Source: Eledone cirrhosa (Eukaryota). From it: DNA of 64,000 bases. Below are positions 43,829 through 56,111 of the stretch, piece after piece. The position numbers were made by a program, and so were the translations under genes. Below the pieces are notes generated by a model that was not told the origin of the DNA, did no database searches, and was given only the letters and a program-made list of their open reading frames with translations. The stretch lies in assembly GCA_964016885.1 (NCBI GenBank), contig OZ024743.1:39680001-39744000 (forward strand), written 5' to 3'. Numbering within the stretch: the first letter of the stretch is position 1; each line of letters starts with the position of its first letter.

Positions 43829-44394
43829 TGGTGTTGTATGCTTAAAGCGTTCGTATGCGGTAGGCCGTTTGAGCACTCGATGCTCTCATGGAGCAGAGTA
43901 AGATATCACAGAAAAAAAGAGAATCGGTTGCGACGAATGGAATTTTTTGGACATATTACAATCGTTTCTCTGGCGACTAGCTCGAGGCACGATCGATGTG
44001 ATGATCGAACCTGACTCTGAAAATCGCAAGGTCCTCAGAGACCTCTTGATTCTACATAGGAAAATCTCCCTAATGTCCTTTAACATCGATATCCTTCGCC
44101 TGTCGGCTTACATCCTGTTGTTTTCATTCTATGTGTGGTCAAGAATTGTACACGCCAATCAACATAGAATGACAACAATAGGATCTAAGCCGACAGGCGA
44201 AGGATATCGATGTAAAAGGACATTAAGAAAATATGCTTCGTAGAATCAAGACGTGTCTGAGGACCTTGCGATTTTCAGAGTCAGGTTCGATCATCACATC
44301 GATCGTGCCTCGAGCTGGTCGCCAGAGAAACGATTGTAATATATCAAATAAATTCCATTCGTCGGAACACTGATTCTCTTTTTTTCTGTTATAT
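43829..44394. mobile_element. Fold-back insertion (family K, related to I) with long-stem-II HHR
   Basis: Arms 43903-44112 and 44184-44394 with a left tail. 44250-44345 (+) reads CTGAGGA..63 nt..GAAA-CGATTG-TA. Confidence 0.88.
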
Positions 44395-44651
44395 ATATAT
44401 ATATATACATACATATATATATATGTGTGTGTGTATGTGCGTGTGTGTGTGTATGCGTGTGTTTGTGTGTGTGTATAAGATGCCAGGTGGATCCTAACGC
44501 ACCAGAGTACTCGATATTTAGGGTAGTAAGAGGGTAATTTTCTTTTCTCTTCTCCTCTTCTCCCATCTCGTTTCTCATTTCATGCTTTAGACTCTCTTTC
44601 TCTACATCCTCTCTCTTTTTCTACATCTTCTCTCTTTCTCTCGTTTGCTTG

Positions 44652-44685
<34 letters not shown>

Positions 44686-44832
44686 ATCTATCTCTCTCTA
44701 TCTCTCTCTTTCTCTATACCACATGTCTGACAGTTCTTCTGCTCATCATGAGCGTTTGTGATACAATTTTAAGAAAATGCATATATACGAAGGTGACTAG
44801 TGTGTGTTGTCAACTTAATATATATATATATA

Positions 44833-45990
44833 TAGCCTGTCCTCCGCAGTAAGTGACTTAGCGGATCTACTGAAATACAGAACAGAAAGGGGAACAATAA
44901 GTAACCTTGGAATATTCCACGACTAATATTGATGTGCCTAATGTCCATTTGTCCGTCATGGTGTTGAAGGACCATCAGAGTTTTCCATTCTGTGATCATT
45001 GCATTCAGAAAAGATATTTCATGTGCTATGTGATACATTTCTAGTGTCTAGTATCTACGCTGTAGACTGCCTTCTTGTAGCCTTTCCAGGACATTGACAG
45101 GTGTGTTCCACTTCTGTTTGGAGTTTTCCGTTATGAGTCTATTTATCAGTAGCTGATATTGCACTCATAACCGTCTCGTTTCCGGCCTTTTTGTTCAGGT
45201 GAAAATAGATTTCCACGGACGAGGTAATTGCAGACCCTGTTGGTAATGATTGTTGTGAATGTTGTGTACATCGTTGGCAGATATGAAATTGGTCTGTAGT
45301 TCTTTGGATATTCTGTGCATCTATTCTTCGGTAGACGATATATTGCGCCAGTTGCAATTCAGTTTGCGACCAATCTTGGATTTGCTACAATCCTGGCGAA
45401 TTCAAATGCGAAGTATTCTTGGAGTACATCCAGATGTTTCCAAAAGAAATTCTGCAGGCCATCTCTGCCCAGTTGTTTCCTATTCCTAACATTGCTGAGT
45501 ACTATTTTTGATTTCTTGTGAAATGATCTCATTCCATTCCTGGGTGCAAACAGCGATTTCCAGTTGTTCCAACCATGGGGCATTGGCGTTGTGTCCTATA
45601 GTAAATTCCCAAATATTTGCCCAGAAGTGTCAACCTCATCAAGCTCAGGTGGTTGTCGTACTACAATATTATTCTTGCCTAACGCTCTGAAAAATATTTT
45701 AGCTTCTTTGTCAAAGATTTTATTCCGTTTAAAGACGTTAGTTCATTTTGGCTCCGCCCTATTAGGTTTTGCGTATTTGCCGGTATCGTTTACTTGATTG
45801 ATACAGCAATGTTTTCCTGTCTGCTTCCCGATAGGCCTATTATTTCTTTCTCAGCCTAGAAGCTTGTTGGGTTAGTGTCAGTTCCCTTATATATTTTAGA
45901 TACGAGAGAGATATCCTTCTCTAAATCTGTAATGTCGTACTCCAGCTGTCTTTGCCATTTCGGTTTACCGTTTGTGTTTCGTCGGACGCT
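44833..45990 (-). mobile_element. Old degenerate R4/Dong-like LINE RT fragment
   Basis: RGIFQGYLLFPFLFCISVDPLSHL and GRDGLQNFFWKHL resemble the RT at 48765-50400. Confidence 0.75.
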
Positions 45991-46003
45991 ATACTTTGCA
46001 GAA

Positions 46004-46140
46004 AATAGTTACGGCCCTTTATGATCTGAGTTCAAATCCCGCCGAGGTTAACTTTACCTTTCATCCTTACGGGGTCGATGAAATAAAGTACCAGTAATAC
46101 ATGGGATAATTGCTGGTCTTGTGCTAAATATAGAAACAAT
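46004..46140 (+). mobile_element. 5'-truncated SINE
   Basis: B-box, core and 3' end of the family consensus, followed by (ATT)n. Confidence 0.88.
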
Positions 46141-46177
46141 TATTATTATCATTATTATTATTATTAGTAGTATTATT

Positions 46178-47911
46178 ATTACAGCTGCATTTATATTGCT
46201 TTATGTTCATACGAGTTATCACCAAGTCACAACCAGTGACCTCAAGAGACAACAAGGTCCGCCATCTTCAAGGAAGAACATACATACTCACACATGCATC
46301 TTTAGGTGTTTAGACTTGTGATGTACTTATATTGACAGAATTTTCCTTAGTATATGGCCAGTTCCCATTAGTACTATCTTTTGTATTTCTCCTATACGCG
46401 GGTTTCCTGGGATTTGCGATAAGTAATCATTAGACCCCTTTGTATCATTCCCAGAGCGCCTACAACCACTGGTATTGTTTTAGTTCTCAATTTCCACATT
46501 TTTTCAATTTCTATTTCCAGGTCCTTATACTTGCTCAATTTTTCAAATGTTTTTATAGATACATTCTTGTCTATTGGAACAGACATATCAATTAGCAGGC
46601 ATATCCTCTTTTTAAAGTCCTTCAATATTATATCAGGTTTATTTGCATCTATTTTTCGGTCTGTTTGGATGCTAAAGTTCCACAAGATTGAGATGTGATC
46701 TTTTTCAAGTATGGGAGGTGGTTGATGCTCCCACCAATTCTTTTGATGTGGCAGGTCAAAATGCTTACACATTATCCAATGTATGTATTGTGCAGCTCTG
46801 TCATGCCTGTTTAGATATTCGGTTGGAGCTATAGGACTGCACATTGACATTATTTGGTCAATGGTCTCTGGTTGTTTTTTGCATACACGGCATAATGGGC
46901 TGCATCCATTTTTTATTATATTGGCTTCGTAATTTTTTGTAGGCAGATTTTCTTGTGCTGATATAATCAGTCCTTCAGTCTCCGATTTCAGTCCAGAGGA
47001 TGCTAACCACTGATGGGTTAAAGTTCTGTCAACATCAGGATTGTTAGCTCGCTCTGGGTATTTTCCATACAGAGGCTTTTCTTGCTATTTCTTAGCCAGT
47101 TTCTGTAGCAGTTCTTTCTTTGCAGTTACTTTTACATGCTTTGCTTTTTCTGTGTTTTCCATTTCAGCAGTAAATGGGACATCTGAAATTTGTAGTCCAT
47201 TACTGTATCTTTGTGCATCTTTTGTAATGGAATATGATCTTTTGATGCTTTCGTGTTTCAATACGAGTTTGATCATCCAATCATGTGATTCCCTTAGATA
47301 TGTGGATAATCCAATTGTTGCAGTTTTCAACGCAATGTCTAACTGGATTAACCCACCTCCGCCTTCTTTCCTAGGGAGATATATTCTATCCATATCTGCC
47401 TTAGCGTGATGCATTCTGTGCATGGTTAAGAATTTTCGAATTTTTGTATCGAGCCTACGGATCTCTGTGCTTGACCAGTTGATGACATTGTAACTGTAGG
47501 TTACTACTGGTATGGCAAGCGTGTTTATGGCATTGATCCTATTCCTTGCATTCAATTCCGTTCTTAAGATGGCTCTTACTCTGCCGTAATATTCCTTCCT
47601 TATCCTTTCCCTCATTGTCGAGTGCTTGATTCCGTCTCCTTCACAAACACCTAGATATTTGTAAGTTTTTTCTTGATCAAGTTCTCTTATCACGTTCCCC
47701 CGATCAAGATTAATGTCTGAACTCTTCAGCAGCTTTCCTCTGGTGAACGTTGCTTTGGGGCATTTATCTAGTCCAAACTCCATTTTAATGTCATCACTGA
47801 ACTGCTCCACAGTGGATAATTGCCCATGCAATTGTTCTTCATTTTTTGCAAATAGTTTCAGGTAATCCATGTAGAACAAGTGATTAATGGTTTTGTCATA
47901 GACTTTATATC

Positions 47912-47914
<3 letters not shown>
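46178..47914 (-). mobile_element. 5'-truncated R4/Dong-like LINE (second copy)
   Basis: Highly similar to 47970-49711. Starts just before the YMDD region (here YMDY) and includes RHD and KPDII..D..K..KY. (AAT)n on both sides. Confidence 0.92.
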
Positions 47915-47943
<29 letters not shown>

Positions 47944-47969
47944 GTAGTAGTAGTAGTAGTAGTAGTATT

Positions 47970-50900
47970 ATTATTACAGTTGCATTTATCTTGCTTTATG
48001 TTCATACGAGTTATCACCATGTCACAACCAGTGACCTCATGAGACAACAAGGTCCGCCATGTTCAAGAAAGAACATACATACTCACACATGCGTCTTTAG
48101 TGTTTAGACTTGTGATGTACTTATATTGACAGAATCTTCCTTAGTATATGGGCAGTTCCCATTAGTACAAGATTTTGTATTTCTCCTATACGCGGGTTTC
48201 CTGGGATTTGCGATAAGTAATCATTAGACCCCTTAGGTATCATTTCCAGAGCGCCTACAACCACTGGTATTGTTTTAGTTCTCAATTTCCACATTTTTCC
48301 AATTTCTATCTCCAGGTCCTTATACTTGCTCAATTTTTAAAATGTTTTTATAGATACATTCTTGTCTATTGGAACAGACATATCAATTAGCAGGTATACC
48401 CACTTTTTAAAGTCCTTCAATATTATATCAGGTCTATTTGCATCTATTTTTCGGTCTGTTTGGATGCTAAAGTTCCACAAGATTGAGATGTGATCTTTTT
48501 CAAGTATGGGAGGTGGTTGATGCTCCCACCTATTCTTTTGATGGGGCAGGTCAAAATGCTTACACATTATCCAATGTATTCATTGTGCAGCTCTGTCATG
48601 CCTGTTTAGGTATTCGGTTGGAGCTATAGGACTGCACATTAAAATTATATGGTCAATGGTCTCTGGTTGTTTTTTGCATACACGGCATAATGGGCTGCAT
48701 CCATTTTTTATTATGTTGGCTTGGTAATTTTTTGTTGGCAGACACTGATCTTGTGCTGATATAATCAGTCCTTCAGTCTCGATTTCAGTCCAGAGGATGC
48801 CAACCACTGATGGGTTAAAGTTTTGTCAACATCAGGATTGTTAGCTCGCTCTGGGTATTTTCCATACAGAGGCTTTTCTTGCAATTTCTTAGCCAGTTTC
48901 TGTAGCAGTTCTTTCTTTGCAGTTACTTTTACCTGCTTTGCTTTTTCTGTGTTTTCCATTTCAGCAGTAAATGGGACTTCTGAAATTTGTAGTCCATTAC
49001 TGTATCTTTGTGCATCTTTTGTAATGGAATATGATCTTTTGGTGCTTTCGTGTTTCAAAACAAGTTTGATCATCCAATCATGTGATTTCCTTAGATATGT
49101 GGATAATCCAATTGTTGCAGTTTTCAACGCAATGTCTAACTGGATTAACCCACGTCCTCCTTCTTTCCTAGGGAGATATATTCTATCTATGTCTGCCTTA
49201 GGGTGATGCATTCTGTGCATGGTTAAGAATTTTCGAATTTTTGTATCGAGCCTACGGATCTCTGTGCTTGACCAGTTGATGACATTGTAACTGTAGGTTA
49301 CTACTGGTATGGCAAGCGTGTTTATGGCATCGATCCTATTCCTTGCATTCAATTCCGTTCTTAAGATTGCTCTGACTCTGCAGTAACATTCCTTCCTTAT
49401 CCTTTCCCTCATTGTCGAGTGCTTGATTCCGTCTCCTTCACAAACACCTAGATATTTGTAAGTTTTTTCTTGATCAAGCTCTCTTATCACGTTCCCCCGA
49501 TCAAGATTAATGTCTGAACTCTTCAGCAGCTTTCCTCTGGTGAACGTTGCTTTGGCGCATTTATCCAGTTCAAACTCCATTTTAATGTCATCACTGAACT
49601 GCTTCACAGTGGATAATAGCCCTTGCAATTGTTCATCATTTTTTGCAAATAGTTTCAGGTCATCCATGTAGAACAGGTGATTAATGGTTTTGTCATAGAC
49701 TCTATATCCATGTTTTGTTTCATTGAGCATTTTACTTAATGGTATAAGTGCGATGCAGAATAAAAGCGGTGATAAAGAGTCACCCTGAAAAATTCCACAA
49801 TTAATATTAACTTCTCCAGCTTCCAGTGATTTTGTTTCACTATTCAAAAGGAGTGTCGTTCTCCATGTCCTCATACTGAATGACAAAAACCTCCTGACAA
49901 CGGGGGATATTTTGAAAATCTCTAAACATTTTTCAATCCAACTGTGTGGCAAACTATCGAATGCTTTTTTATAATCTATCCAAGCAATCGATAGATTTTT
50001 GTGTCTATTATGACAATCTTCCAGTATCATTTAGTTAACCAGAAGCTGATCCTTACAGCCATATGAGCCTCGTTTACACCCTTTCTGCTCAATGGGAAAT
50101 AGGTCATTTGTTATCAGGTGGTCATATGTGTATTCAGTTAGGACTGATGTTAAAATTTTATACATTGTGGTCAAGCAGGTTATCGGTCTGTAATTTTTGG
50201 GATTGTTTGTCTCATCATTCTTTGGCAGCAGGAATGTAATGCCGTTAACTAGCCATGATGGTATCTTTTCTGGCTCCTTAACTATTTCATTGTAAAGTTG
50301 GGCTAACAGCTCATGATACTCATGAAGGCATTTATCCAAAAGTTTTGTATTTTATCTTTTCCTGGGGATTTCCATTTGCTGGTTTTTCTTAGAGCCAAGC
50401 GCAGCTGTTCAGCTGTTATATTTTCCCATGTTTGTTCTTCAAGGTGAGCTGTTTCTTTCATTTGTCTGTCTATCCATGGGGCATGTATGTTATGAACTTT
50501 TTCTTCGGCCCAGATCTTTTCCCAGAATCCTTGGGTGGTATTGATTTAGCAGTTATTGTTGACTTACCAATTTTTCTGTAGAAGTTTCTTTGGTTGTTTT
50601 TGAACATATTATTGTAGTTATAGAATCTAGATCGTTTTTCAAAGCGCCTTATACGAGCAGCTTTGGCCGACACTTTTTGCTTGATTGTTTCTATCAGCAT
50701 GTCTATGTCACATGTTGATCTTATACTGTACTTTCTTTTCAATTTTCTAAGTTTAGTTTGTTTAACATGTTCACCTACTTTATAGTTTGTTAAAATTTCT
50801 ATGTCAGATCGGAGAAGGTTTATTTGGCGATTGATGTTATCTTGCCAAGTAGATTTCTTGTGGGAATTCCTTTGTTTTTTCATCTTCACTCCACATAAGT

Positions 50901-51916
50901 CAGTGGTGACTTTAGCCGATGCATAATAGAGATGATTTAAGTCAGTAATGTTTAGTTTATTTGTGATGATAATGTTTTTGAGAATTATGTTAGTCTTGTG
51001 TATTATCTTTTGGTTCTGTTTGGAGTTCTGGATCTTATGGAGGGTGTCTCGTTGCCCCATGTCAGATTCTTTCATTTTCAGCCATTCAATCATAATTTCA
51101 TCCTTCAAGTTGTCAAGTTCATTCTCATTCATTTCTTTATCATTTACGATCTCATTATTTTCATTTGGAGTTTCATCCTGAGCATGCACTCCCTCCACTT
51201 TTTCGCTCCTTTCTTTAATTTGTTCTGTTGCCAGTGATTCCGCCCCAACCCTGGGATTCGAAGTGTTACAGTCTACCTCGTTTTCACTGACACATGCTTC
51301 ATTTTCCCTTCGCTGACCTTGTGCTACTAGCTTGATCTGATCAATTTCTATATCAGTTAGTAACTTTTTTCTTACAATATTTCTTCGTATATTGGATAGT
51401 TTGTTACTGTCAATATAGCCTCTGTTTTCGGGATGTTTCTTTTTCCAGTTGATATATGTTTGTTCTGTATTCGATGTATTTGATGGGTAGTACATGGCAG
51501 TGTAGAAAGCCTCAAGGACTTCTTTATTATCTTCCCTTGACCATTTTTCTCTCTTTTTCTTTGGATTTCTTGGTGGTGAGCATGGAGGGCCAACAGTAGG
51601 AGTATTCGGGTTATGGGAGGTCTTCAGCTCCGAAGTGATGGGAAGGTTTGAACCATTAGCTGATTTTTCGACCGCAGTCTGGTTCCTCTCTGAGGGATGC
51701 GGCCCTTTTTTACCCGGGTGACGGCCGATCCGGTATGAGATTTTATCATTAGACATTTACTTTATTTTGTCGCATTTTATCCTTATCCGCCAAGGGGTAA
51801 TCATTTCGTGTTACCACTTCTAGAACGAGTGTCAACCAAGACTAGAGGGGTCGTCCTCCCCTAGAGACATGGCTATTCCCCGCCGGCCGCCATCCCGGTA
51901 TTTCTTGGTCACGGGG
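47970..51916 (-). mobile_element. Near full-length R4/Dong-like non-LTR retrotransposon (RT + CCHC + restriction-like endonuclease), disrupted
   Basis: Single long ORF broken into 51756-50470, 50339-50031, 50030-48765 and smaller pieces. Motifs: NYRPITCL, WIDYKKAFDS, GIFQGDSLSP, YMDD, CRVC..ETIDHI..C, RHD, RPDIILKD..IDMSVP..KY. (AAT)n tail. Confidence 0.93.
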
Positions 51917-52496
51917 TTTTTTTTTGTTGTTTTTTTTTTAATTGTTATTATCATGAGTGGTTCCTTAATGTGAGCATTGCGTGGCTTAAGAATGAAATTA
52001 TTAATAATTGTCTCCACTCCAGGCACAAGGCATTACAATAATATAACCCAATGCATTACAATAATATAATATACTTTTTGTTGTAGTTGGCTGTTATTGT
52101 TGTTGGCTATGTCGGTGGTGGTGCCGGGGCTTTTTATATTGTTGGTGAGGAAGGGGTGAGCCAGCAGTCCTATAATTGTTGAAGTAGACGTTTGGCCGGT
52201 GGCAAGGTCACCAAGTCAATCTATTTATATCTTTTGCTAGCCTCTCTCTTGTCTAGTGATACCGCCACCTTCCCTTTTCTATCTCAAGTTAACAGGGGAA
52301 TAGTGTCAGTAGCATTGAATGAGTGGTGGCGGCGACGATGGATGTGGTGGGGTGGTGGCAGCGGTGGTGTTGTGGTTACTGATATAGAATCTATGAGTTT
52401 GTGTTCGTATGTTTAATATATATTTTTATTATATTTTGTGTTGACATATTCCCGTAAAATTTGAATTAAACATTTTTTAAAATTTGAGACAATAAT

Positions 52497-52680
52497 TGTT
52501 TCTACTTTAGGCACAAGGCCAGCAATTACCAGTGCATTACTGGTACTTTATTTTATCGACCCCGTAAGGATGAAAGGCAAAGTCAACCTCGGCGGGACTT
52601 GAACTCAGATGGTAAAGAGACGTAACTATGCTGGAAAGCATGGCGTCCGACCCTCTACCGACACTGCCAATCCACCGCCC
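52497..52680 (-). mobile_element. tRNA-derived SINE, young copy
   Basis: Perfect 14-bp TSD tttgagacaataat at 52483-52496 and 52681-52694. Confidence 0.95.
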
Positions 52681-53080
52681 TTTGAGACAATAATAATAGT
52701 AATTATTATTATGATGCTGGTGAAATTGCCGTTATCTGGCTGTTATATTTAGTGTGATGGGATACGTACTGTATCAAGTTTCTGGTGTTGGTGAAATTAA
52801 AATTGCTGCTGTTCTATATAGTGTAGACAGAGGGTGTTTTGTTCCATTTATAACCATTTTCTTTTTTTTAATACAAAATATATAATACAAAATTGAATAT
52901 TTGAGTGATACGACAATATAATATGGATCAGAAACTTTATGGGACCTCATTCGGTGCCTTTATGCAACATTTGTGCTAAGAATTGTTCTTTCACAATTGA
53001 TTTAAATATGTTATTATTATTATTATTATTTAAATATATTATTATTATTATTATTATTATATATTATTATATAATATTAT

Positions 53081-56044
53081 AGGTTAGGACCGGGTTACTG
53101 GAAGCTGAACATGTCATTTCCGGCACGTAAAGCTCACAGGGACCGAGACAATAAGTTAGTTAAGCAAAAGTTGACAGGGGGGATCATCAACAACAGATGG
53201 TGGGGGGCTCTCAAAAGAGAGATTAGAGTAACTTCGATAGAGTTCAGCAAAGAACTAGCGTTAGAGAAAAATAGAAAGGAGGGGGAGCTGGTAGATAAGT
53301 TAGACGAGGCTATTTGTAGTGGCATCGCAACTGACGTGCTAGCGGCGAGAATGGCATTAGACCATTTCTTCAATGCCAAACACGAAGGTTGCATTGTCAG
53401 AGATAAGGCGCGTGGGCTGAGAAACGAGGGAACTAAAGCTGTTCGATGGGCCCGCGTGGCGGAGGCGCAGCGTGGTAATAAAACCACAATTCGGTCTTTG
53501 GCGGACCGAGACGGACACGAGATAAGCGATTCCAAGCGGATGTGTGAGGCCTTTCGCCAGCACTTTGCTCGGTTGTTCGGGGAGAGTGGCGGGTCAGAGA
53601 GAGTAGCGGATTTCAGTCCCTACCTTGACGGCTTGCCGCGCATCTCGACGGTCGACGCTGAGCGCTGCGAAAGGCCGATTACTTCAGCCGAAATTCAGGA
53701 CGCCCTTGTCGGCTGCATGAGGCGCAAGTCACCAGGCTTGGATGGCCTGCCCTACGAGCTTTACGTAAATATGCCAGACTTGTTCTCCGAACTCCTTGAA
53801 GCACTCTACTGTAACTGGCAGCAGAATGGGAGTATTCCCAGTTCTGTGAGCAGGGGAGTGGTGACGCTGATAAGGAAAGACGAGAACAAGAGGGATACAT
53901 TAGACAACTTCAGGCCCATAACTCTGCTCAACACAGAGTTTAAGATTTTGGCCAAGGTGTTAGCAAAGAGATTGGCGCTTGTCGTCGAGGATTTGGTTGG
54001 GGAGGCGCAAACTTGCGCAATCCCAGCCAGGTCCATACACGACAATCTCCACCTCATGCGATACATGATAGAGAGGGTAGGGTGTAAACCTGGCTGCGGT
54101 GGGGCACTGATCAATTTAGATCAATCGAAAGCATTCGATAGGGTCGACCATCGGTATCTGGAGTTTGTCCTCAAAGCAGCTGGCTTCGGCCCTGTCTTTA
54201 GAAGCTGGATCGTTGCAATGCACAGCGGCACACGCTCGGTGGTCAAAGTTAATGGCCACCTCTCGGAACCATTTCGGCTCTCCCGATCGGTCCGTCAAGG
54301 GTGCCCTCTCTCTTCCCTTCTGTACGTATTGACTGCGGAAGCTGGAGCTGTTGTAGGACATCCCGCTCGAACCGGGACGTGGAAATGCGGTGTCGGCTTA
54401 TGCGGACGACATCACCGTGATGGTGTCGAACACCTCAGAAATCGAGGTGGTCGGCACCTTATTGAAAGAATATGAAAGGTTGACAGGAGCCAAACTTAAC
54501 CCGGAAAAGTCGGTGGGCTTGCAGCTCGGAACCTGGAGAGGCAAGCCCATGCCGTCAAACAGCGTCGTGGGGCGCTGGACGGACGGACCAGTAAAGTGTG
54601 CTCGGGGTTTGGTTCGGACCAGACCTCCAGGGGGAAAAGAATTGGGACGAGGTAACGAGCAGAGTAGCCAGTCTCACCCAAAAATGGGCTGGGAGGAAGC
54701 TATCACTGAAAGGTCGCGCGGAGGTGGCGAATGCGTACATCGCGTCCGTCATCTATTACCGCCTAACCGTCGTGCCTTGCCTCCGTTCGCGCCTCGTCAA
54801 GTTGGAACGGCTCCTCTTCAAATTCTTGTGGAGGGGACAAGTTCCGTTGGTGAGGCGGTCCATCTGCTGCCAGCACCCTCTACACGGAGGGCTGGGCATG
54901 CTGTGGCTAATGATGCGCAGACATGCGTTGAGGCTGCGACATCTCCAGATATTCTGCCTCAATGGTGAACAGGTGTGGTCGCCGTTTATCAGACGGGCCT
55001 TTCCGCAGCTCATTTCTTTGACTGAGCTGCAGTCCTGGGTCAAGAAGAGACTGAGACTGGGTGACTGGCACCTGGAATGTTGCCAGGCACTCACTGCCCT
55101 CTACCAAGCGGGCAATGCGATCAGTGGAACTTCCACTCTCGAGTTTTAAAGAGGATTAGTGGTGGGCAAGTGCGATGACGCACTCGGAGAAGCTTTGGGC
55201 CTCGACGAAGTCTAACTGACCAGTCTGTACCGGAGGACTTTTGAGCCGGGGACGATGGACAATTTCCAGAAATCCCTCGCTTGGCAGTGCTACCGGGGGG
55301 CACTGCCGGTTCGGGATAAACTCTACAGGCACGGAAGTGCTGTCAGACGGACCTGCCCAAGATGCGCACAGAACGACGAAACCGTTCTGCACGCACTTGT
55401 CCAATGTCCGTGCATTACTGACTTGTGGAGTTATGTCGAACAGCTACTGTCGCGTGTGGAACGAATCCAGTTATCGGCCGAGTCCATAGTGAAGATCGAG
55501 CCGCCACCTTCCTTAGGTCAGGAAGAGCAGGACATTTTCCTCTGTCTGGTGGCAGTTGCGAAAGAGATTATATGGTGGACCAGGTTGAAAGGACTAAAGA
55601 CAGACACTTTTCTCTTCGGCCAATCCCTCATCAACTTCTTCAAGTTTCACCTGGAAAGGAGGGTGAGGGTGGAGAGAGAAGTGCTGCCCCCCAGTACATT
55701 TGCTAAAAGGTGGGTGAATGTGGCAAGAATGGCTCGTGTGAATGGGCCTACTCTGACCATGCGCCTATAGGCTAGCTAACTTGAGGAGAGGGGTGCTCTC
55801 CCGGGTGCCCTAGAAGCGCAGGGTGGTTCAGGATTGGTGGGGTACCCGAATCACCCCAGGGTCGTCCACCCCCTATCGGGGAATTTATTTTGTTATATTT
55901 TGCATACTTTATTTTATATTTTATATTTTCATTGTTAAATTAGTCTTGCCATTGTGCACTTTTACTCGACCTTATTTTAAACCCCCACTGTCCCTGTCTT
56001 TGTATTGTCCCCTACATGTCGGCCCTTGTGGCTAATAAATGAAA

Positions 56045-56046
<2 letters not shown>
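53081..56046 (+). mobile_element. Tx1/L1-clade LINE, 5'-truncated ORF2 (end of APE, RT, C-terminal Zn finger), frameshifted
   Basis: GPGYWKLN, KSPGLDGLP, FRPITLLNTEFKILAKVLA, DQSKAFDRVDH, VRQGCPLS, AYADD, CPRC..ETVLHALVQC. AATAAA followed by (ATT)n, with (ATT)n also upstream. Confidence 0.93.
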
Positions 56047-56102
<56 letters not shown>

Positions 56103-56111
56103 CATTATTGA

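Noticed and set aside
53134-55404. Antisense and alternate-frame ORFs over the Tx1- and R4-like elements
   Set aside because: Shadow ORFs of LINE coding sequence with no independent motifs.
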